A stretch of 64,000 nt of DNA from Candidatus Aenigmatarchaeota archaeon (lineage in GTDB: Archaea > Aenigmatarchaeota > Aenigmatarchaeia > CG10238-14 > SCSR01): positions 45,160 through 109,159 of the forward strand of contig JAGVVV010000009.1 of NCBI GenBank assembly GCA_018304615.1, given 5' to 3'. The notes beneath the pieces are model-generated. The model searched no databases, had not been told where the DNA came from, and saw only the letters and a list, made by a program, of their open reading frames with translations. Below, piece by piece: positions 60,194-64,000 of the stretch (within the stretch, counting starts at the first letter, position 1; every line of letters starts with the position of its first letter). The translations under genes and the position numbers were made by a program.

Positions 60194-60247
60194 TAAATTG
60201 TATTTCGGTTTCCTAAACTTTAAAGGTTCTTAAATTAAAATTATTTC

Positions 60248-61537
60248 ATGGGTTATGATTGGTACCTTGATTTTGTTGATTTAAATTACAAGCCTTCCAA
60301 GACTGATGTTGTGTGTGAATTCAGAGTCGAGCCGGCCAAAGGGTTTTCAATGAAGGAGGCGGCAGGAAGGGTTGCAAGCGAATCTTCTGCTGGAACATGG
60401 ACAACGCTTTTCAATCTGCCAAAACGTGTGAGGAAGATAATGGCCATAGCATTTGACATAAGAGGCAATTTTGTCAAGGTGGCTTATCCAATTGAGCTTT
60501 GGGAACCTGGAAATGCTCCTCAGTTGCTAAGCGGTATAGCAGGAAATATTTTTGGGATGAAAGCATTAAAAGGTCTGAGGCTGATGGATGTCTCGCTCCC
60601 AAAGGAATATTTGAAACATTTCAAAGGTCCTAGTCATGGAGTGAAAGGAATAAGGAAAATGATGAAAATCAAAAAGAGGCCCATAACAGGAGCTGTGCCA
60701 AAGCCAAAGATTGGATACAGTGCCGCAGAGCATACAAAGATCGGTTACGAGACGTGGATGGGCGGTTTTGACATTGTCAAAGATGATGAGAACTTGACAT
60801 CCACTTCTTTCAACAAGTTTGAAGACAGAGCGAAGATGATGGCCAAAGCGAGGGAGAGGGCAGAGAAGCTCACTGGAGAAAGAAAATCAGCTTTCTTGAA
60901 TATCACAGGAGAAACTAAGGAGATGATCAGAAAAGCCACACTTCTTCATGATTTGGGATGGGAATTTGCGATGATTGATGTTGTTACATGTGGGACGGCT
61001 GCTGTTCATACACTGAGGGATGTGTGTGCAGATCTTAATTTGGCAATTCATGCTCACCGGGCGATGCATGCTGCTTTTGACAGGACACCAAATCATGGGA
61101 TGACTATGTATTTCCTTGGAAAAATAATGAGAATGATTGGTGTCGATGAAATACACGTAGGAACTGCTGTTGGAAAATTGGTGGGAACAAGATACGAAGT
61201 AAAGTATGTTGCAGATATGTTAAGAGAATCGCATGTAGGAAAAGATAAAAAAATTTTGGAACAGAAATGGTACCATATAAAACCGACGTTGCCTGTTTCA
61301 TCTGGCGGACTCCACCCAGGACTGATCCCTGAAGTCATGAAAATATTAGGAACAGAATGCGCTTTATTGGTAAGTGGGGGGATACATGGCCATTCCAAAG
61401 GGACTCGCCAGGGAGCCAAGGCTGCAATGCAAGCAATAGATGCGACCATGCGTGGGATATCGTTAAAAGATTATGCGAAGAAACATGTAGAACTCAAGCT
61501 TGCATTGGAAAAATGGGGAACTGCTACACCGATTTAG
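60248..61537 (+). CDS. rbcL: ribulose-1,5-bisphosphate carboxylase, form III large subunit
   Basis: 429 aa; GAVPKPKIGYS, GGFDIVKDDENL (carbamylated Lys), HAHRAMHAA, SSGGLHPG motifs. Confidence 0.9.
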   Translation: MGYDWYLDFVDLNYKPSKTDVVCEFRVEPAKGFSMKEAAGRVASESSAGTWTTLFNLPKRVRKIMAIAFDIRGNFVKVAYPIELWEPGNAPQLLSGIAGNIFGMKALKGLRLMDVSLPKEYLKHFKGPSHGVKGIRKMMKIKKRPITGAVPKPKIGYSAAEHTKIGYETWMGGFDIVKDDENLTSTSFNKFEDRAKMMAKARERAEKLTGERKSAFLNITGETKEMIRKATLLHDLGWEFAMIDVVTCGTAAVHTLRDVCADLNLAIHAHRAMHAAFDRTPNHGMTMYFLGKIMRMIGVDEIHVGTAVGKLVGTRYEVKYVADMLRESHVGKDKKILEQKWYHIKPTLPVSSGGLHPGLIPEVMKILGTECALLVSGGIHGHSKGTRQGAKAAMQAIDATMRGISLKDYAKKHVELKLALEKWGTATPI

Positions 61538-61544
61538 TGGTTTG

Positions 61545-61856
61545 ATGCGAACTGGAATCTATGTTGTCATCATTCTTCTGTTTTCTATCGCTGCAGGTGT
61601 ATTTTTGGTAGACTTTTTGAAACAAAAAAATCCTATTATAGAAATTCCTGCTGAAAATTCCTGCTCATCTGATGGCGAGTGTGATTGGGGGATTACTAAC
61701 TGCTGTCCAGAAAATGCAGGTGCCAAATGGAATTGTTTGAATGCAGACAATCGACAAGCAAGAACTTGCCCGTCATCGGTGATATGTCCGCAAGTTATTT
61801 CTCCAAAACCAAATAAAACATGTGTATGTATCAAAGGAATGTGCGAAACTAAATGA
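61545..61856 (+). CDS. small membrane-anchored cysteine-rich protein (10 Cys)
   Basis: ATG at 61545 (MRTGIYVVIILLFSIAAGVFLV) preferred over the track start at 61500, which overlaps rbcL; ectodomain CSSDGECDWGITNCCPEN...CLN...TCPSSVICP...TCVCIKGMC; stop overlaps the deoA ATG (ATGA). Confidence 0.5.
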   Translation: MRTGIYVVIILLFSIAAGVFLVDFLKQKNPIIEIPAENSCSSDGECDWGITNCCPENAGAKWNCLNADNRQARTCPSSVICPQVISPKPNKTCVCIKGMCETK

Positions 61857-63394
61857 AATTGAAAATAAAATTCCTCGATCTTGAGGCTGGAGGAAAACCA
61901 GTAATCATCTTGAGTAAAGATGACGCTGAGGAATTAGGAATAAGAAGTCTGGGTAGAGCAAAACTCCATTCTGGAAAAAAAGAAATGAATGCCATAGTGA
62001 ACGTCACGAAACATGGGATGAAAGGATATGTAGGATTCTATGAGGAAGTAAAAAATTATTTTGGTCTGAGGGAACATACGGAGATAGAAGTAGAGACGGC
62101 GAAGTTCCCTGTATCTTTGCATCATATAATAAACAGGCTCAAAGGAAGGAAGTTGGCTGCTGAAGAGATCAGTGAAATTGTAAAAGATGTAGTAGAAGGA
62201 AATCTCAGTGAAATCGAGATTGCAGCTTTCGTGACCACGCTGAATAATTTTGGATTGGATTTGGACGAAGCAGCAAATCTTTCAATGGCCATGATAGAGA
62301 CTGGGGACAGGCTAAAGCTCAATAGAAAAATTATTTTGGATAAACATTCTGTAGGAGGAGTTCCAGGAGATAAGACGACGATACTGGTTGTTCCAATAGT
62401 TGCTGCCAATGGGTTTACTATTCCGAAAACTTCCTCTAGGGCGATAACTTCAGCTGCCGGCACTGCTGACCGGGTAGAGACACTCATGCCAGTTGAATTG
62501 AGCGTGGACGAGATGAAAAAAGTTGTTGAGAAGACAAACGGATGCATGGTATGGGGAGGCGCCCTCAGACTCGCTCCTGCCGATGACATATTCATACAAG
62601 TCGAATTTCCACTTTCGATAGATCCGATGTTGCTGCCTTCGATTATGGGAAAAAAGAAAGCTGTGGGAGCAACACACCTTGTGATTGACATTCCGACTGG
62701 AAGAGGGACGAAGATGAAGACGATTGGTGATTCGGATCTTCTGGCAAAAGATTTCATAGCTTTGGGAAGAAAATTGGGGATAAAAACTCAGTGCGCTTTG
62801 ACCTTCGGTGAACAGCCTGTTGGCCATGCAATTGGTCCGGCTCTTGAGGCTCGCGAGGCCATGGAAATTCTAACTAGAGAAAAATATGTTCCAGATGTTA
62901 TTGACAAGGCTGTTCACATAGCTGGTATGCTTCTAGAGATGGCAGGAAAGAAAGACGGGGAGGCTTTGGCAAGGGAGACGATAAAATCTGGAAAAGCCGA
63001 GAAGAAACTAAGAGAGATAATTGCAGCACAGGGAGGGGACGACAAGATAAAACCGGAAGAAATGAAGATTGGTGATTATTCTTTGGATATACACGCAGAA
63101 AATTCAGGGGTAGTGTTGTGGATAAACAATGCTGACATAGTCGAAGTTGCAAGAACAGCTGGAACTCCAAAAGATCATGGCGCTGGTATTTACATGTATA
63201 AAAAACTGGGAGACCGTGTGAACAAAGGTGATAAACTGTTTACTATTTTTGCAGAGAAAAATAGCAAATTGATTTCTGCGAACAAATTGTTGGAAGAACA
63301 TGAGATAATGGGGATTGGAGACAAGATGGAGATGCTGATACATAAAGTGACAGAACTTCATGTACACAAGAAGACTTTCATTTTGGAAAGATAA
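61853..63394 (+). CDS. deoA: AMP phosphorylase (thymidine-phosphorylase family)
   Basis: 513 aa; N-terminal extension MKLKIKFLDLEAGGKPVIIL typical of archaeal AMPpase; DKHSVGGVPGDKTT; TSSRAITSAAGTAD. Confidence 0.85.
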   Translation: MKLKIKFLDLEAGGKPVIILSKDDAEELGIRSLGRAKLHSGKKEMNAIVNVTKHGMKGYVGFYEEVKNYFGLREHTEIEVETAKFPVSLHHIINRLKGRKLAAEEISEIVKDVVEGNLSEIEIAAFVTTLNNFGLDLDEAANLSMAMIETGDRLKLNRKIILDKHSVGGVPGDKTTILVVPIVAANGFTIPKTSSRAITSAAGTADRVETLMPVELSVDEMKKVVEKTNGCMVWGGALRLAPADDIFIQVEFPLSIDPMLLPSIMGKKKAVGATHLVIDIPTGRGTKMKTIGDSDLLAKDFIALGRKLGIKTQCALTFGEQPVGHAIGPALEAREAMEILTREKYVPDVIDKAVHIAGMLLEMAGKKDGEALARETIKSGKAEKKLREIIAAQGGDDKIKPEEMKIGDYSLDIHAENSGVVLWINNADIVEVARTAGTPKDHGAGIYMYKKLGDRVNKGDKLFTIFAEKNSKLISANKLLEEHEIMGIGDKMEMLIHKVTELHVHKKTFILER

Positions 63395-63399
63395 AATAT

Positions 63400-63687
63400 T
63401 CACTTCCCAAGTACGATTTCTATTGTCGAAACATTTATTTTTGTCTTGTCCTCTAGTTCTCTTTCTTCTGTACTAATCTGAATGTCTTTTATTTGAACGT
63501 CGGTGATGAACCTTCTTCTTACGATTTCTGCTACGTCTACTGCTCTTGAAATAGATTTTCCTCTTGCCTTTATGTGAACTTCTGGTTGGCCACCGCTGAA
63601 TTGAGTCATTACTCCAAGAACATATGCCATGGAAGGTTTCTTTCCGACGAATATCACGTTGTCTGCTGCTCTCTCTGACATCACCAC
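63400..63687 (-). CDS. albA: DNA/RNA-binding protein Alba
   Basis: 95 aa; [24 protein letters not shown]...[24 protein letters not shown]. Confidence 0.9.
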   Translation of the reverse strand: MVMSERAADNVIFVGKKPSMAYVLGVMTQFSGGQPEVHIKARGKSISRAVDVAEIVRRRFITDVQIKDIQISTEERELEDKTKINVSTIEIVLGK

Positions 63688-63750
63688 ACCTCCTGTGAAC
63701 GCTACTGTTGACCGATGATATTAAACTTGAAATGCAAACTTATTATAGTT

Positions 63751-64000
63751 TTATCTGGACCATTTCTTGTAAAGATCTTCGTAAGAAGCTTTGGATGAGG
63801 ATTTTGATTTTCTTTTCCTGGTCAACAGGAAGATTGCAAGCACGACTATTATTATTACGATTATGATTCCGAGCCAAAGACCAAGATTGGAACCGCTACT
63901 AGGAGGAGGGGTGGTTGTTGTTTCTGTGTCTGTTGTAGTTTCAGTTGTAGTTTCTGTGCTAGTCTCTGTGGAGGTAGATGTAGAAGTTGTATCGGTTTGA
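63751..64000 (-). CDS. C-terminal end of a surface protein (Thr-rich stalk, TM anchor, basic tail); gene continues beyond the right edge
   Basis: Manual translation of minus strand: ...QTDTTSTSTSTETSTETTTETTTDTETTTTPPPSSGSNLGLWLGIIIVIIIVVLAIFLLTRKRKSKSSSKASYEDLYKKWSR-stop (TAA at 63753-63751); the plus-strand track ORF 63791-64000 is its mirror image. Confidence 0.6.
   Translation of the reverse strand, partial: QTDTTSTSTSTETSTETTTETTTDTETTTTPPPSSGSNLGLWLGIIIVIIIVVLAIFLLTRKRKSKSSSKASYEDLYKKWSR

Noticed and set aside
62122-62757. 211-aa and 125-aa minus-strand ORFs
   Set aside because: They lie antisense to AMP phosphorylase and show hydrophobic, Ser-rich mirror composition.
63791-64000. Plus-strand ORF ending in VVVSVSVVVSVVVSVLVSVEVDVEVVSV
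   Set aside because: It is the mirror image of the Thr/Glu-rich stalk encoded on the minus strand. The minus-strand frame ends in a convincing TM anchor and stop.
1-64000. Looked for CRISPR arrays, IS elements/transposases, integrases, toxin-antitoxin pairs, rRNA genes and RNase P RNA
   Set aside because: None were recognised by eye on either strand. Their absence cannot be proven without searches.

Overview
The window is a gene-dense archaeal fragment with about 80 CDS on both strands and many 1-14 nt overlaps. The gene content is DPANN-like, but I could not verify the taxonomy.

Archaeal markers:
- Topo VI A/B, Alba, aIF-1A, S17e, Pth2, NMD3 and aDim2 homologues
- EndA, endonuclease Q, ADP-forming acetyl-CoA synthetase, geranylgeranyl reductase
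- the AMP-salvage trio: R15P isomerase, form III RuBisCO and AMP phosphorylase

RNA genes:
- one SRP (7S) RNA
- nine tRNA genes; eight are interrupted, together carrying about 13 introns, most at non-canonical positions. tRNA-Trp has three; tRNA-Gln, tRNA-Asn and probably tRNA-Phe have two each.

I saw no rRNA, CRISPR array, transposase or integrase.

The standout is a 17-kb operon-like locus at 43050-60193. It opens with a FlaJ/TadC-type platform gene. Eleven genes follow whose products carry class III (type IV pilin-like) leaders; ten of them start M-K-G. Several leaders are fused to large cysteine-rich extracellular modules: a vWA domain, a transglutaminase-like core and an HExxHxxxxxH zincin. 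The locus ends with an 817-aa, 92-Cys mosaic protein. No assembly ATPase or prepilin peptidase lies in cis. The locus sits between the AMP-pathway genes.

Smaller oddities:
- two small proteins ending in a ribosomal-stalk-like ...G(M/L)xx(I/L)FG tail
- a Pelota homologue lacking its central domain
- a radical-SAM enzyme with CX3SX2CC in place of CX3CX2C
- a free-standing LAGLIDADG protein next to an orphan ORF flanked by direct repeats
- a 23-bp perfect intergenic repeat

All functional calls rest on motif recognition by eye. No searches were run.
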